Below are positions 28,973 through 38,684 of a stretch of 64,000 nt of DNA, one piece after another. Position numbers and translations under genes: made by a program. Source of the DNA: Chthonomonas calidirosea (GTDB taxonomy: Bacteria > Armatimonadota > Fimbriimonadia > Fimbriimonadales > Fimbriimonadaceae); assembly GCA_945859975.1 (NCBI GenBank), contig CAMAPH010000011.1, positions 1 to 64,000 on the forward strand, given 5' to 3'. Numbering within the stretch: position 1 is the stretch's first letter; the number at the start of each line of letters is the position of its first letter. Under the pieces are notes generated by a model that was not told the DNA's origin, ran no database searches, and was given only the letters and a program-made list of their open reading frames with translations.

Positions 28973-29749
28973 ATGACCTTGATCGACACGCATTGTCACC
29001 TGCACTCCGCCCATGAGTTTTTCCCCGATCCGGATGCCGAACTTCAGCGGGTCCGGGAGGCAGGAGTCGAAACCATCATTGCCATCGGAACCGATCCCAG
29101 CGATTGGCAGCGCGCGCTGGACTTTAGTGATCGACATTCCGGAGTTTTTGTCGCCTTGGGCTGGCATCCAACGCACGTTTCGGACTTCGAATTATGCCAA
29201 TTGTCAGGGCTCAGAGCCCTGCTCGCGCATCCGAACGTGGTTGCCCTTGGCGAGATCGGTTTGGACTTTCATTGGGACTACACCACGCCGGACCAGCAGA
29301 TGGCGGCCCTCATCCCGCAACTAGACCTTGCCGTCGAGCTCGACCTTCCGGTGGTGTTTCACGCCCGAAAGGCAACCGGAGCGCTACTGGACGTATTGGA
29401 AGCTCGGTCCGCGCAGCCATACCTGTTTCATTGCTTCGCAGGCGATGAGTCGGACGTCGAGCGAGGGGTCGCACTTGGCGCCTATTTCGGAGTGGACGGT
29501 CCCGTGACGTACAAGAAGTCGGAGGATTATCGACAGTTGATCAAACGAATTCCGCTAGATCGGCTGGTGCTAGAAACCGATAGCCCGTACCTTTCACCAG
29601 AACCCGTGCGGAGTAAGCCAAATTCACCCGCTAACTTGCCACTGATCAACGCAAAAATGGCCGCTCTCTTCGATCTTACAATCGAAGAAGCGGCCAAGCA
29701 GTTCACGGACAACGCCGTGCGATTCTTTAGGCTAGAAAGCCGCGCTTGA
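28973..29749 (+). CDS. tatD: TatD-family nuclease/hydrolase
   Basis: IDTHCHL, GWHP, GEIGLDF, FHCF, LETDSPYL motifs. Confidence 0.92.
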   Translation: MTLIDTHCHLHSAHEFFPDPDAELQRVREAGVETIIAIGTDPSDWQRALDFSDRHSGVFVALGWHPTHVSDFELCQLSGLRALLAHPNVVALGEIGLDFHWDYTTPDQQMAALIPQLDLAVELDLPVVFHARKATGALLDVLEARSAQPYLFHCFAGDESDVERGVALGAYFGVDGPVTYKKSEDYRQLIKRIPLDRLVLETDSPYLSPEPVRSKPNSPANLPLINAKMAALFDLTIEEAAKQFTDNAVRFFRLESRA

Positions 29750-30314
29750 TCACGATGTCGCGGAGCAATCGGCGACCTCGGTGAATTCGGCTTCGGACGG
29801 TGCCGATCGTCGTGCGCTGAACGTCCGCAATTTCGGAATAGCTCAGACCTTCCAGGTCACACATCACGATCGCGGTTCGGTAGACCTCCGGGAGTTCTGC
29901 AAGAGAGGCATGCAACTCGGATCGAAACTCGTCCGCAAGCAACTCTTGGTCCGGGGTCGGAGCGGAGTCTGCAATCGGCAGTTCCTGTACTTCCCCGTCC
30001 GATGGCGAGATCATGGAATTCAGAGAGTCTGCCTTCCGAATCGGGTTCTCGCGTCGGAGGGAATCTAGATAGGCGCGCTGCATGATGCGAAGGAGCCAAT
30101 TGAGGAATGGGCGGCCGGCGATGTAGCTGTCATATCCCTTCCATGCCTTCACGAACGTTTCCTGCATCAAATCTTCGGCGTCCGATGGATTTCGGGTCAG
30201 CTGAAGGGCCATGGTGTAGGCGCGGCGCCGGGTCTCAGAAACTTTTTGCTGGAACTGACGCAGTTCACTTTCTGTTCGAGCCTCGGCTGATATGTTTTCG
30301 ATCAATGTTTCCAT
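29727..30314 (-). CDS. ECF RNA polymerase sigma-70 factor
   Basis: DAEDLMQETFVKAW (region 2), WLLRIM, DLEGLSYSEIA...GTVRSRIHRGR (region 4). Confidence 0.93.
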   Translation of the reverse strand: METLIENISAEARTESELRQFQQKVSETRRRAYTMALQLTRNPSDAEDLMQETFVKAWKGYDSYIAGRPFLNWLLRIMQRAYLDSLRRENPIRKADSLNSMISPSDGEVQELPIADSAPTPDQELLADEFRSELHASLAELPEVYRTAIVMCDLEGLSYSEIADVQRTTIGTVRSRIHRGRRLLRDIVIKRGFLA

Positions 30315-30471
30315 TTATTGCGCTCCTCAGCCAAGAATCCCTCAATTCTTGCCGTGTGATGTTAATGATACATCATTCAAGAGTAATAGGCAAGGGCCCA
30401 CGCAAAACAGAAATTTTTGAAAAGGACGCGAACAAGGAAGGGATAAGGGAGTTCTAACATCTACCACTTCT

Positions 30472-30837
30472 ATGAATTTCGTTGTCGTTTCCAAGGACGC
30501 TGAGGTCATCAAGGCCGCTCGGGAAGGCTTTCACCCGTCGGATGTTTGCCAAACCTTCGAGGATTGGCGTCTGGCGTTACAAGCATGCGGTCGAGCCGAC
30601 ATGCTTTTCGTCGACTTAATTTCGACTTTGATAGAACCCAACCGAATTGCTGGATACGAAATGTTCGCCAACGCGAAAATGTCTGACCCCACTTGCCTCA
30701 AGGTGCCGCTCGTGATCATCAGCCCCGAACCCGACTACGATCTGGACTACATGGTGGGTTGGCCCGATTTCGTCTTCGGCCATATTCAGCGCCCGGTCTC
30801 GTTCAAGCACTTCCGTCGCGCTTCAACTTGGGTCTGA
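30472..30837 (+). CDS. Atypical single-domain receiver (REC-like) protein
   Basis: MNFVVVSKD, DMLFVDL, VPLVIIS, HIQRPV follow the CheY beta1/beta3/beta4/beta5 pattern. Confidence 0.55.
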   Translation: MNFVVVSKDAEVIKAAREGFHPSDVCQTFEDWRLALQACGRADMLFVDLISTLIEPNRIAGYEMFANAKMSDPTCLKVPLVIISPEPDYDLDYMVGWPDFVFGHIQRPVSFKHFRRASTWV

Positions 30838-30841
30838 CGTT

Positions 30842-31726
30842 TTAGGCGACGTGCGCATGGGAACGCGGATGCGCTTTCTCCACCGCATCTCGCAACCGCT
30901 CAACGCTGACATGGGTGTAGATCTGCGTTGTCGACACGCTTTCGTGACCCAAAAGCTGCTGAACCGCCTTCAGATCCGCCCCGCCATCCAGCAGGTGCGT
31001 GGCAAAGCTGTGCCGTAACGTATGCGGGGAAATCGTATCCGGTAGCCCCGCTCCCTTTGCCCATCGCTTAATCACGTTTTGGACGGTCCGGGTGGTCAAC
31101 CGCTTGCCACTGGGTCCGGTGAAGAACGCCTGGTTTCCGGCGCCTCGCGGCGTGATGCGCTCTTCCTTCGCGTACCGCTGAAGGGAACTCGCGCATGTTT
31201 TGCCAAACAAAGTCATTCGATCTTTATTGCCCTTACCGCGAACGCGGACCATGCATTGATCGAAGTCAAGGTCGGACTCATCAATCGACACGGCCTCCGA
31301 CACGCGCAAGCCTGCGGAGTAGATCAACTCCAAAATGGCTCGGTCACGCAACGGTGAGTCTCCGGACGGCATCTGGTCGAGCAGATTTGCGGCTTGCTCT
31401 TGGCTCAATGCTTTTGGCAGGTTCCGTCGCTTGATCGGGGCTTCGAGAGCTTCCGTCGGATCGGCCTCAAGCATTCCGACCAGCTTTAGGTACTTCACAA
31501 AACTTCGGAGTGAGCTCAATTTTCGCGCTCGGGTGACTGGGGTTATCCCAAACTCGCGAAGGTATCCGCGCAAGGCAATCGGCGTTAAGCCGGCAACATT
31601 GCTCACTCGACTCGAAAGTTGCGCTAGATCGGCCCCGTAAGAACGAACGGTGTGGGGAGATCTTCGAACGGTGAGTTGATCCAAGTACCCCTGGATCAAC
31701 CCGTGAAGCTCGTTCGTGTAAACCAC
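30842..31726 (-). CDS. xerC: Tyrosine recombinase XerC/XerD
   Basis: ARKLSSLRSF, RDRAILELIYSAGLRVSE, GKGNKDR, SPHTLRHSFATHLL, LLGHESVSTTQIYTH. Confidence 0.85.
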   Translation of the reverse strand: MVYTNELHGLIQGYLDQLTVRRSPHTVRSYGADLAQLSSRVSNVAGLTPIALRGYLREFGITPVTRARKLSSLRSFVKYLKLVGMLEADPTEALEAPIKRRNLPKALSQEQAANLLDQMPSGDSPLRDRAILELIYSAGLRVSEAVSIDESDLDFDQCMVRVRGKGNKDRMTLFGKTCASSLQRYAKEERITPRGAGNQAFFTGPSGKRLTTRTVQNVIKRWAKGAGLPDTISPHTLRHSFATHLLDGGADLKAVQQLLGHESVSTTQIYTHVSVERLRDAVEKAHPRSHAHVA

Positions 31727-31741
31727 GAATCAATGGTTGGC

Positions 31742-32995
31742 TCAAACTCGCTTAAGTAACAGCGAAACGTTGTGCCCGCCAAATCCGAACGAATTGTTCA
31801 GGGCGTACTCAATCGGAAGTTCACGCATCACGTTCGGAACGTAGTCCAGATCGCATGCCGGATCGGGCGTTTCGTAGTTGATCGTCGGTGGCACTTTCTG
31901 GTCCCGAATCGCCAGAGCGCAAACCATCGACTCAATCGCACCGGCTGCACCGAGCGTGTGACCCGTCATGCTCTTCGTCGAGCTGATCGCTACTTTGTGG
32001 GCGTGATCGCCAAAGGCGCCTTTGATGGCCAGCGTCTCTGCTGGATCACCAATGGGAGTACTTGTTCCGTGGGCATTGATGTAATCAACGCGATGCGGAG
32101 AAACTCCGGCTCGGTCCAGTGCGCGAAGCATCGCATTGCGAGCGCCGCGACCTTCGGGATGAACACCGGTGATGTGATATGCATCGGCGGTCATGCCGTA
32201 TCCGACAATCTCCGCGTAAATCTTTGCTCCGCGGGCAATGGCATGCTCAAGTTCCTCAAGAACCATTACTCCCGCTGCCTCACCCATTACAAATCCATCC
32301 CGATCAAGATCAAACGGCCGACTTGCCCGCTGAGGCTCGTCGTTTCGAGTGGACATGGCACGGGCAGCACAGAACGCAGCAACACCGATGTCGTTGATTG
32401 GGGCTTCAACCCCGCCCGCAAGCATCATCTTGGCGTCACCACGCTTGATCACGTGGTAGGCGTCACCAATGGAGTTTGCGCCGGTGGAGCAAGCGGTAAC
32501 TGCCGCTACATTGGGACCGCGTAGGTCGTTCAGAATCGAAACGATTCCGCCCGGCATGTTCGCGATCATGTAAGGAACCCAGAACGGGCTCACTTTGCTC
32601 GGGCCGCGCTCGTACATGATGCGCGTGTTCTCGTGCATGACGTTTAGTCCGCCGATGCCCGAACCGATGAAAACACCGAACTCATCTTTCAGCTCGTCAG
32701 TGAGCACGATAGTTGAGTCGTCTAGGGCCAGACGGGCAGCCGCTACTGCCATTGCAATGGCACGATCCACACGGCGAGCGTCCTTACGCTCCATCCAATC
32801 TTCAGCCTGGAAGTCTAAGACTTCGGCGGCAATTTTTGTAGGAAAAGGCTCTGGATCAATAAGCGAAATTCGATGAACTCCGCTCATTCCGTTCAGACAG
32901 TTTTGCCAGAACTTTTCCACGCCAATCCCCAGCGGGGTGACGGCACCGAGTCCGGTGATCACCACCCTGCCAGATCTGGCGAGCTCCCGGATCAT
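31742..32995 (-). CDS. fabF: 3-oxoacyl-ACP synthase II
   Basis: [46 protein letters not shown]. Confidence 0.97.
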   Translation of the reverse strand: MIRELARSGRVVITGLGAVTPLGIGVEKFWQNCLNGMSGVHRISLIDPEPFPTKIAAEVLDFQAEDWMERKDARRVDRAIAMAVAAARLALDDSTIVLTDELKDEFGVFIGSGIGGLNVMHENTRIMYERGPSKVSPFWVPYMIANMPGGIVSILNDLRGPNVAAVTACSTGANSIGDAYHVIKRGDAKMMLAGGVEAPINDIGVAAFCAARAMSTRNDEPQRASRPFDLDRDGFVMGEAAGVMVLEELEHAIARGAKIYAEIVGYGMTADAYHITGVHPEGRGARNAMLRALDRAGVSPHRVDYINAHGTSTPIGDPAETLAIKGAFGDHAHKVAISSTKSMTGHTLGAAGAIESMVCALAIRDQKVPPTINYETPDPACDLDYVPNVMRELPIEYALNNSFGFGGHNVSLLLKRV

Positions 32996-33234
32996 TTTGG
33001 GAGTTTCTTTTCGATGTACTCAACCGCGGCGCCGACCGTCTTGATCTCGCCAACTTCGTCATCTGGGATCTCGATGCCGAACTCGTCCTCCAGGGCCATT
33101 ACCAATTCGACAACGTCAAGGGAATCGGCTCCAAGATCGTCCTGGAACGAAGATGATTCGAGAACCTCTTCTTCCTTGACGCTCAGTTCCTCAACCGTTA
33201 CTTTTCTTACTCTGCTTAGAATGTCCTCGGACAT
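32992..33234 (-). CDS. acpP: Acyl carrier protein
   Basis: [20 protein letters not shown] phosphopantetheine motif. Confidence 0.97.
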   Translation of the reverse strand: MSEDILSRVRKVTVEELSVKEEEVLESSSFQDDLGADSLDVVELVMALEDEFGIEIPDDEVGEIKTVGAAVEYIEKKLPK

Positions 33235-33286
33235 AACTTTCGGAAGATACCCCGGCTAGCCGCGTTCTGCGCGGGCATTTTGGTGT

Positions 33287-34012
33287 TTAGAGGGTTAAAC
33301 CGCCATCAACCGTGATCGTTTGACCGGTGATGTATCCCGAATTTTGGCTCGCTAAGAACAGTACGGCCGGTGAAATGTCGGCTGGCGTGCCTAGTCGGGC
33401 GATCGGCGCCGTCTTTTCGACCATCTGCTTAAAATCTTCAGAAAGTCCGGAGGTCATGTCCGTTTCGATGAAGCCCGGTGCCACGGCATTGCACGTGATT
33501 CCCCGCGATCCCAGCTCCTTTGCCACTGATTTCGTGAGTCCGAACAAGCCCGCTTTTGCCGCGGCATAGTTTGCCTGGCCCGCCGCGCCGCCTTGGCCAA
33601 CAACGCTGCTGATGTTGATGATCCGGCCGTAACGGGCCTTCATCATCGACTTTGCGACGGCCTTGGTGCACAGGAAGGCGCCCTTGAGGTTGACCGCAAT
33701 CACACGATCCCAATCATCTTCCTTCATTCGGATCAGCAAAGTGTCCCGGGTGATGCCCGCGTTGTTCACCAAAACGCTTGGCGTCCCAAGCTGAGCCGTG
33801 ACGGCCTCGAACAGCGCGTCAACCGATTCTTGGTTTGAGACGTCCGCCGCGAACGCAACCCCGCCAATCGCTTCGGCGGTGCCGCTGGCTCCCTCAATCG
33901 TGGTGGCGACGCAGGCAACCTTTGCGCCTTCCGCGGCAAAGGCCTCGGCAATTGATCGGCCGATACCACGGCTCGCTCCGGTCACCACAACGACTTGATC
34001 CTGAAACTGCAT
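33287..34012 (-). CDS. fabG: 3-oxoacyl-ACP reductase
   Basis: TGASRGIG, NNAGITRD, NYAAAKAG, VAPGFIETDMT; fab cluster context. Confidence 0.95.
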   Translation of the reverse strand: MQFQDQVVVVTGASRGIGRSIAEAFAAEGAKVACVATTIEGASGTAEAIGGVAFAADVSNQESVDALFEAVTAQLGTPSVLVNNAGITRDTLLIRMKEDDWDRVIAVNLKGAFLCTKAVAKSMMKARYGRIINISSVVGQGGAAGQANYAAAKAGLFGLTKSVAKELGSRGITCNAVAPGFIETDMTSGLSEDFKQMVEKTAPIARLGTPADISPAVLFLASQNSGYITGQTITVDGGLTL

Positions 34013-34027
34013 CGCCGTAGTAAACCC

Positions 34028-34894
34028 CTAGCCAAAGGCGCGCGATGAAACGGCCCGATCAATTCGCTTGATCAAACCGCCAAGCACTTCTCCGCCGCCA
34101 AGTTCGAGAAACTCGGTGACTCCCTGCGAGATCATGAATTGCACCGATTCCGTCCAACGAACCGGACTTACAAGTTGCTGCTCCAAAATCGAGGCCCAGT
34201 TGTCGCTTTGTACGGCTGCGGTCACGTTCGCTACAACGGGAACGTTTCCTCCCGCAAACTCAACCGCATCGAGCGCCTCGCGCATTCGAACTGCGGCCCC
34301 GGCCATCAGAGGGCTGTGGAAAGCCCCGCTGACGTTTAGGGGCAGAACCCGCTTGGCTCCGGCTTCGGAAGCTTTCTCACTGGCAAGTTTCACGGCTTCT
34401 ACTTCTCCGCTAATCACAAGCTGTCCAGGACAATTGTCGTTGGCGATCACAACAACGCCGCTCACCGACTCGCACACCGCGGCGAGAGGTTCGCGATCCA
34501 AGCCGAGCACCGCCGCCATGGTTCCGGGAGCCAAGAGCCCGGCCGATGCCATGAGCTCGCCTCGACGCTGAACAAGCTTTGCCCCATCCTCGACGGTCAG
34601 CACACCTGCACAAACGAGCGCCGCATATTCCCCGACCGAATGGCCAGCGGCGAACTGGAACTCTTCATCCTGGGCGAAGAATGCCGCAACCGAGGTGACA
34701 AACAAAGCCAACTGCGCGTTCTGGGTTTGGCGCAAATCTTCTTCGGAAAGCTCCCAGCAGACTGCCCTCAGGTCCTTACCGGTTGCGCTCGACGCACGAT
34801 CAAAAACGCTCGCGGCAGCGTCGTTTGAGCTGGCGAGGGCCTGGCCCATGCCCGGTTTCTGCGACCCCTGTCCGGGGAAAATCATTGCCTTCAT
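34028..34894 (-). CDS. fabD: Malonyl-CoA:ACP transacylase
   Basis: FPGQGSQ, GHSVGEY, VSGAFHSPLM, PVRW. Confidence 0.96.
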   Translation of the reverse strand: MKAMIFPGQGSQKPGMGQALASSNDAAASVFDRASSATGKDLRAVCWELSEEDLRQTQNAQLALFVTSVAAFFAQDEEFQFAAGHSVGEYAALVCAGVLTVEDGAKLVQRRGELMASAGLLAPGTMAAVLGLDREPLAAVCESVSGVVVIANDNCPGQLVISGEVEAVKLASEKASEAGAKRVLPLNVSGAFHSPLMAGAAVRMREALDAVEFAGGNVPVVANVTAAVQSDNWASILEQQLVSPVRWTESVQFMISQGVTEFLELGGGEVLGGLIKRIDRAVSSRAFG

Positions 34895-34962
34895 TTCCCT
34901 AGACTACCGACTGAAGGTCCTATTCTTGGGGCCAGATCCCGTGACATAATTTGGACTGTTTG

Positions 34963-34989
34963 ATGAAAAGAGCCTTCCCTTTCACCTAG
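34963..34989 (+). other. Candidate leader peptide MKRAFPFT upstream of the MFS gene
   Basis: ATG AAA AGA GCC TTC CCT TTC ACC TAG shortly after an extended -10 (TGaCATAAT, 34942-34950). Confidence 0.35.
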
Positions 34990-35100
34990 CGTAGCGGTCC
35001 CGTCGGCGCCCGCAAACACGCTGACTCGCTACTCTCGCGCACTTGCCGATCCCATTGCGCACCGTGAAAATCCATGTTCCACCTGGAACGGAAGTGACTC

Positions 35101-36432
35101 GTGAATTACTCAGAGATTCTCAAAATACGCGCGTTCCGAGACCTATGGCTCGGGCAGGCAATTTCACAACTGGGCGACGCCTTTTACTACGTTGTGTTCA
35201 TGTTCATGGTCAAAAAAGTGACCGGATCGGACGCAATGGTGGGCTACGTGGCAGCCTTGGAGTTCTTGCCATACCTGCTGCTCGGACCATACACCGGTGT
35301 TCTGGCTGACCGAATTGACCGGCGCAGAATCATGCTCTGGAGCGATCTCGTGAGCGGCGGCGCGCTACTCGTTTTCGCGGGCGTTTTACTTTTTCAGGCA
35401 ACACCTCCGGCTTGGCTGTTGCTGACGATGGCGTTCTTGCTGAGTTCGTTCCGGTGTTTCTTTATGCCGGCAAAATCGGCAGCCATTCCAGCTCTCGTGC
35501 CGGAAGACAAGCTCCTCGTCGCGAACTCGCTGAGCATGACAACCCAAAACATGATGCCGCTCATCGGCCTCGGGGTTTCGGCAAGCGTGCTCGGGCTGCT
35601 CTACGCCGGCTCACCAAAGTGGTTTTATTTCATCACGATCATGTTGAACGCGGCTTCTTTCCTTGGATCGGCGGTGTACATCTACCGGCTCCCGAAGATC
35701 TTGCCCGACCGGGACAAGGTCGAAGAGAGCAATCCGATGAAGGATTTCAAGGAGGGCATGGGATTTGTGGCCAAGCGCCGCGACTTGACCGTGCTCATCG
35801 CCTTGTTGACCGTCTTCCGGCTGATGGTTGCGCCGTTCTTTGTGGTTTACATTGCGGCGAACGATGCTTGGTTTGACGGCAAGCCTCAGAACATTTCCTG
35901 GTGGGAGTTCAGTTTCTTCAGCGGAATGATCATTGCCAGCTACTTTGCCGGAAAGCTAACGGTGAAACGTCCGGGCCTGTGGTTTAGCTACGGCCTCGCC
36001 ACGGTTGGCGTGACCGTAGCCGCGATGGCTTTCTCGCACAACTTTTGGCTTTTCGTTCTTTGGAACGTGATTGCAGGACTCGCGATTCCGCCCGCAGACA
36101 TTCCGATCAACACGTACCTGCAAATCAGCGTCCCAGACGCGTTTCGGGGGCGAGTCAACGCCGTGACCTCGATGATTGCAAACGGAATGATGCCGCTCGG
36201 CGCAGCGGTTGCGGGAGTCTTTGTCGCGCGGTTTGGGATTGCGGCCGGATTCATCACGATGGGAATTGGCATGATCCTTGCCTGTAGCATTGGGCTGATC
36301 GATCCGGTGTTTAGAAACATCCGAATGCCAGAGACAAGCCAACCGAGCAGAGAATCAGACATCATCGATCCATGTCCGACGGACGAATCGGTGTTGACGA
36401 AAGCGGAAAAGGCGACTACTTCGGTCCCTTAG
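35101..36432 (+). CDS. MFS transporter (DHA3/MefA-like efflux type)
   Basis: FRDLWLGQAISQLGD, GVLADRIDRRRIM motif A, PAKSAAIPALVP, VPDAFRGRV; 12 TM pattern. Confidence 0.9.
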   Translation: MNYSEILKIRAFRDLWLGQAISQLGDAFYYVVFMFMVKKVTGSDAMVGYVAALEFLPYLLLGPYTGVLADRIDRRRIMLWSDLVSGGALLVFAGVLLFQATPPAWLLLTMAFLLSSFRCFFMPAKSAAIPALVPEDKLLVANSLSMTTQNMMPLIGLGVSASVLGLLYAGSPKWFYFITIMLNAASFLGSAVYIYRLPKILPDRDKVEESNPMKDFKEGMGFVAKRRDLTVLIALLTVFRLMVAPFFVVYIAANDAWFDGKPQNISWWEFSFFSGMIIASYFAGKLTVKRPGLWFSYGLATVGVTVAAMAFSHNFWLFVLWNVIAGLAIPPADIPINTYLQISVPDAFRGRVNAVTSMIANGMMPLGAAVAGVFVARFGIAAGFITMGIGMILACSIGLIDPVFRNIRMPETSQPSRESDIIDPCPTDESVLTKAEKATTSVP

Positions 36433-36998
36433 TGATTGCGGCGTGCTATGTCGGGCCGGAGCATCTCGCGCAGCTTGACGGGGTGGTGGACTCCAAAAAG
36501 CTAACCGACCCACAGGCTCGCCGCTTGGCCGGAGTCATTCGAGCAAATTGCCCCCACAGCGTCATTTGCCTCCGTCCCGAAAAGTACAACGATTTGTACT
36601 CAAAGATGAAGAATTTGAATCATCTGTTGGCTTGGGGGCATGCCCGAGCCATTGAGAATGTGCTCGAGATTCAGCCGGCAGATCGTGTCATTTCCGACCA
36701 GTTTGCGGCCGGTGGAAAGGTCGTGAAGGATCGACTTTTTGAGCTTGGAAAAGCCGTGAAGTTCGAATCACGAGTACGCGCAGAAGCTGATATCGCGGTC
36801 GCCGCGGCTTCGATCCTCGCCCGCGCCGAGTTTCTGCGGGTGCTAGAAGAGCTGGGCAACTTATCCGGGATGCCACTTCCGAAAGGCGCAACCAACGTCA
36901 TCGAGCCCGGCAAGCGGTACGTTCAGAAGCACGGATTCGACGCCCTGGGCCAGGTCGCGAAGCTGCACTTCCGAACGACCGAACAGCTACGCCCCTAA
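36372..36998 (+). CDS. rnhC: Ribonuclease HIII-like (catalytic domain only)
   Basis: IGVDESGKGDYFGPLVIA, DSKKLTD, KYNDLY, NLNHLLAWGHA, DQF, VAAASILAR, AKLHFRT. Confidence 0.85.
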   Translation: MSDGRIGVDESGKGDYFGPLVIAACYVGPEHLAQLDGVVDSKKLTDPQARRLAGVIRANCPHSVICLRPEKYNDLYSKMKNLNHLLAWGHARAIENVLEIQPADRVISDQFAAGGKVVKDRLFELGKAVKFESRVRAEADIAVAAASILARAEFLRVLEELGNLSGMPLPKGATNVIEPGKRYVQKHGFDALGQVAKLHFRTTEQLRP

Positions 36999-38684
36999 CT
37001 TCGCGTACTTGGCAAGCAGAGTGTCCTCGGGGAACCGGTCGGCCAATCTCCGCAACGCGATGAACTCGATTTCCCGATGCGGAAACGGCGGCGCGAATCC
37101 GGCCTTCGCGGCAAGCTGGACGTGCTGAGCCGCTTCGGCGCCCATGCGGCTGTCCTCGAGGAGCGCGTAGGCCAAGAGGTACCGAAGCATCGGTAGATTC
37201 AAATGCCGAAGGCCCTCGTCGGCAAACCGGGCGAGCTGGTCCAACCGGCGTAGAGTCAGCAACGTACACGCCACCTCGATGAGTGCTTCCGGCGTTTCGG
37301 CAAGAGGGGCAAGGAGAGGATTCTTCTCCGCCGCTTGTCCCTGGTCAGATCGCAAGAAGGCTTCTGCCCGAAGTAGCGGCTCTACCGGATTGAGATAGTG
37401 CGCGTTCGGCAAAGGTGCATCATTGTCGGTCTCGTTCGCTAGTCGCTCCGCAAATGCCTGGCCCCACCAGGCCAGCGGATCCTCGGCGTTGAACCGCAGT
37501 GAGCGCTCGAATTGACCAGCTGCCGTTAGGAAGTCACCTCGAATCAAAGCTGCTTCCGCGAGATCGGCGAAAGCCAGATGACGCCACGCCGGGTCTCGAG
37601 TATCCAACTCAGAAAGCGCCGCAGCAGGGCCCGGGGTCCGGCTCCATTTGACTTTGCCTGCAAGATTTGCATCGGTTCGAGCCAGGACATCGCCCGATTC
37701 GTCCAGAAGCGCGACTTCCACGATCGCCTCAGGTAACTCGGCCAGCGGGATTTCCCAGATCGACTCTGGGTGCAGATTCATTCGGGAGTCCAAGCTTTGC
37801 CCGCTCCGGGTGAAGAGCACCACTTTCGCGTTTTCAAGCGGGCGGACAACCTGAATCTGAATCTTCTCCTCGCTAAGCGAGATGACGCCGGCATCTCCGT
37901 AACCCATTCGGCCAGGCACTACCGTTGTCGGGGTAACCGTGGCTTCCCAAGTTTCAAGCGTGCGTCGAGGCAGGTCAAATTCATCAACCGCTGAAATCCA
38001 ACCGTCGGCGTCAACGCCAACGGGAATGGTTGGGTGCTGAAACACGAGGCGATTCTGGCTCTGGGCGACGGAGTATAGGTCAGCGCGATCGGCACCGTAC
38101 CATCGCAATCCGGGGAAGACTCGACTGCCGGCGCTGGAAGCATATGTGCAGATTTGAATCGTAAAACTTGCCGAATCCGCTGGAAGCTCAATCCGGCACC
38201 AGAACCGAGCGTCTGTTCCGGGCCAAAGTCCGCCGAGGGTAACGCCCGCCGGCATTTCGTCACTCGCGGCAAAGTGCGAAAGCACTCGCACCGGGCCTAA
38301 GTCGAGACCCAATTCAGGAGTAGCACCAAATGTGATTCCGAATGGCACGTGCGCGCCGCGCTTGCCTCCGGCAGTCGCCGTGAGATCTCCGGCAATGAAC
38401 TCCGTTTGCGTGCGTCGATCAAACAGCCCAACGATTCGCACGCCCAGATCTGGGCATACCGTGATCCGCAGAAAAGGGTTCTCCAGAATCAGAGTCCGCA
38501 GCTCTCGCTGATCACTCCGTCCGGTTGGAGCTAGGCCAACCAGCGGATACGCGGCCGACGGATAGGTGCCTTCGTCCGGGAAAATGGGTTCCAGAATGGG
38601 GGCGGAAGTCGACCAAATATCCTCAAATAATTCCGATGCCAAGGTGAGTTGAGGGTACCTGCGACATAATCTGGGTATGGCCAA
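36987..38684 (-). CDS. Hypothetical protein with DUF5107-like N-terminus and TPR-like C-terminus
   Basis: LILENPFLRITVCPDLGVRIVGLFDRRT; helical Ala/Leu-rich tail; start uncertain. Confidence 0.55.
   Translation of the reverse strand: MAIPRLCRRYPQLTLASELFEDIWSTSAPILEPIFPDEGTYPSAAYPLVGLAPTGRSDQRELRTLILENPFLRITVCPDLGVRIVGLFDRRTQTEFIAGDLTATAGGKRGAHVPFGITFGATPELGLDLGPVRVLSHFAASDEMPAGVTLGGLWPGTDARFWCRIELPADSASFTIQICTYASSAGSRVFPGLRWYGADRADLYSVAQSQNRLVFQHPTIPVGVDADGWISAVDEFDLPRRTLETWEATVTPTTVVPGRMGYGDAGVISLSEEKIQIQVVRPLENAKVVLFTRSGQSLDSRMNLHPESIWEIPLAELPEAIVEVALLDESGDVLARTDANLAGKVKWSRTPGPAAALSELDTRDPAWRHLAFADLAEAALIRGDFLTAAGQFERSLRFNAEDPLAWWGQAFAERLANETDNDAPLPNAHYLNPVEPLLRAEAFLRSDQGQAAEKNPLLAPLAETPEALIEVACTLLTLRRLDQLARFADEGLRHLNLPMLRYLLAYALLEDSRMGAEAAQHVQLAAKAGFAPPFPHREIEFIALRRLADRFPEDTLLAKYAKLGA

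Noticed and set aside
30842..31726. Tyrosine recombinase as a mobile-element integrase
   Set aside because: XerC/D length and motifs, sits behind fabF, no att repeats or cargo seen
31742..34894. fab genes as a type II polyketide cluster
   Set aside because: Standard fabD-fabG-acpP-fabF order; no chain-length factor or tailoring genes
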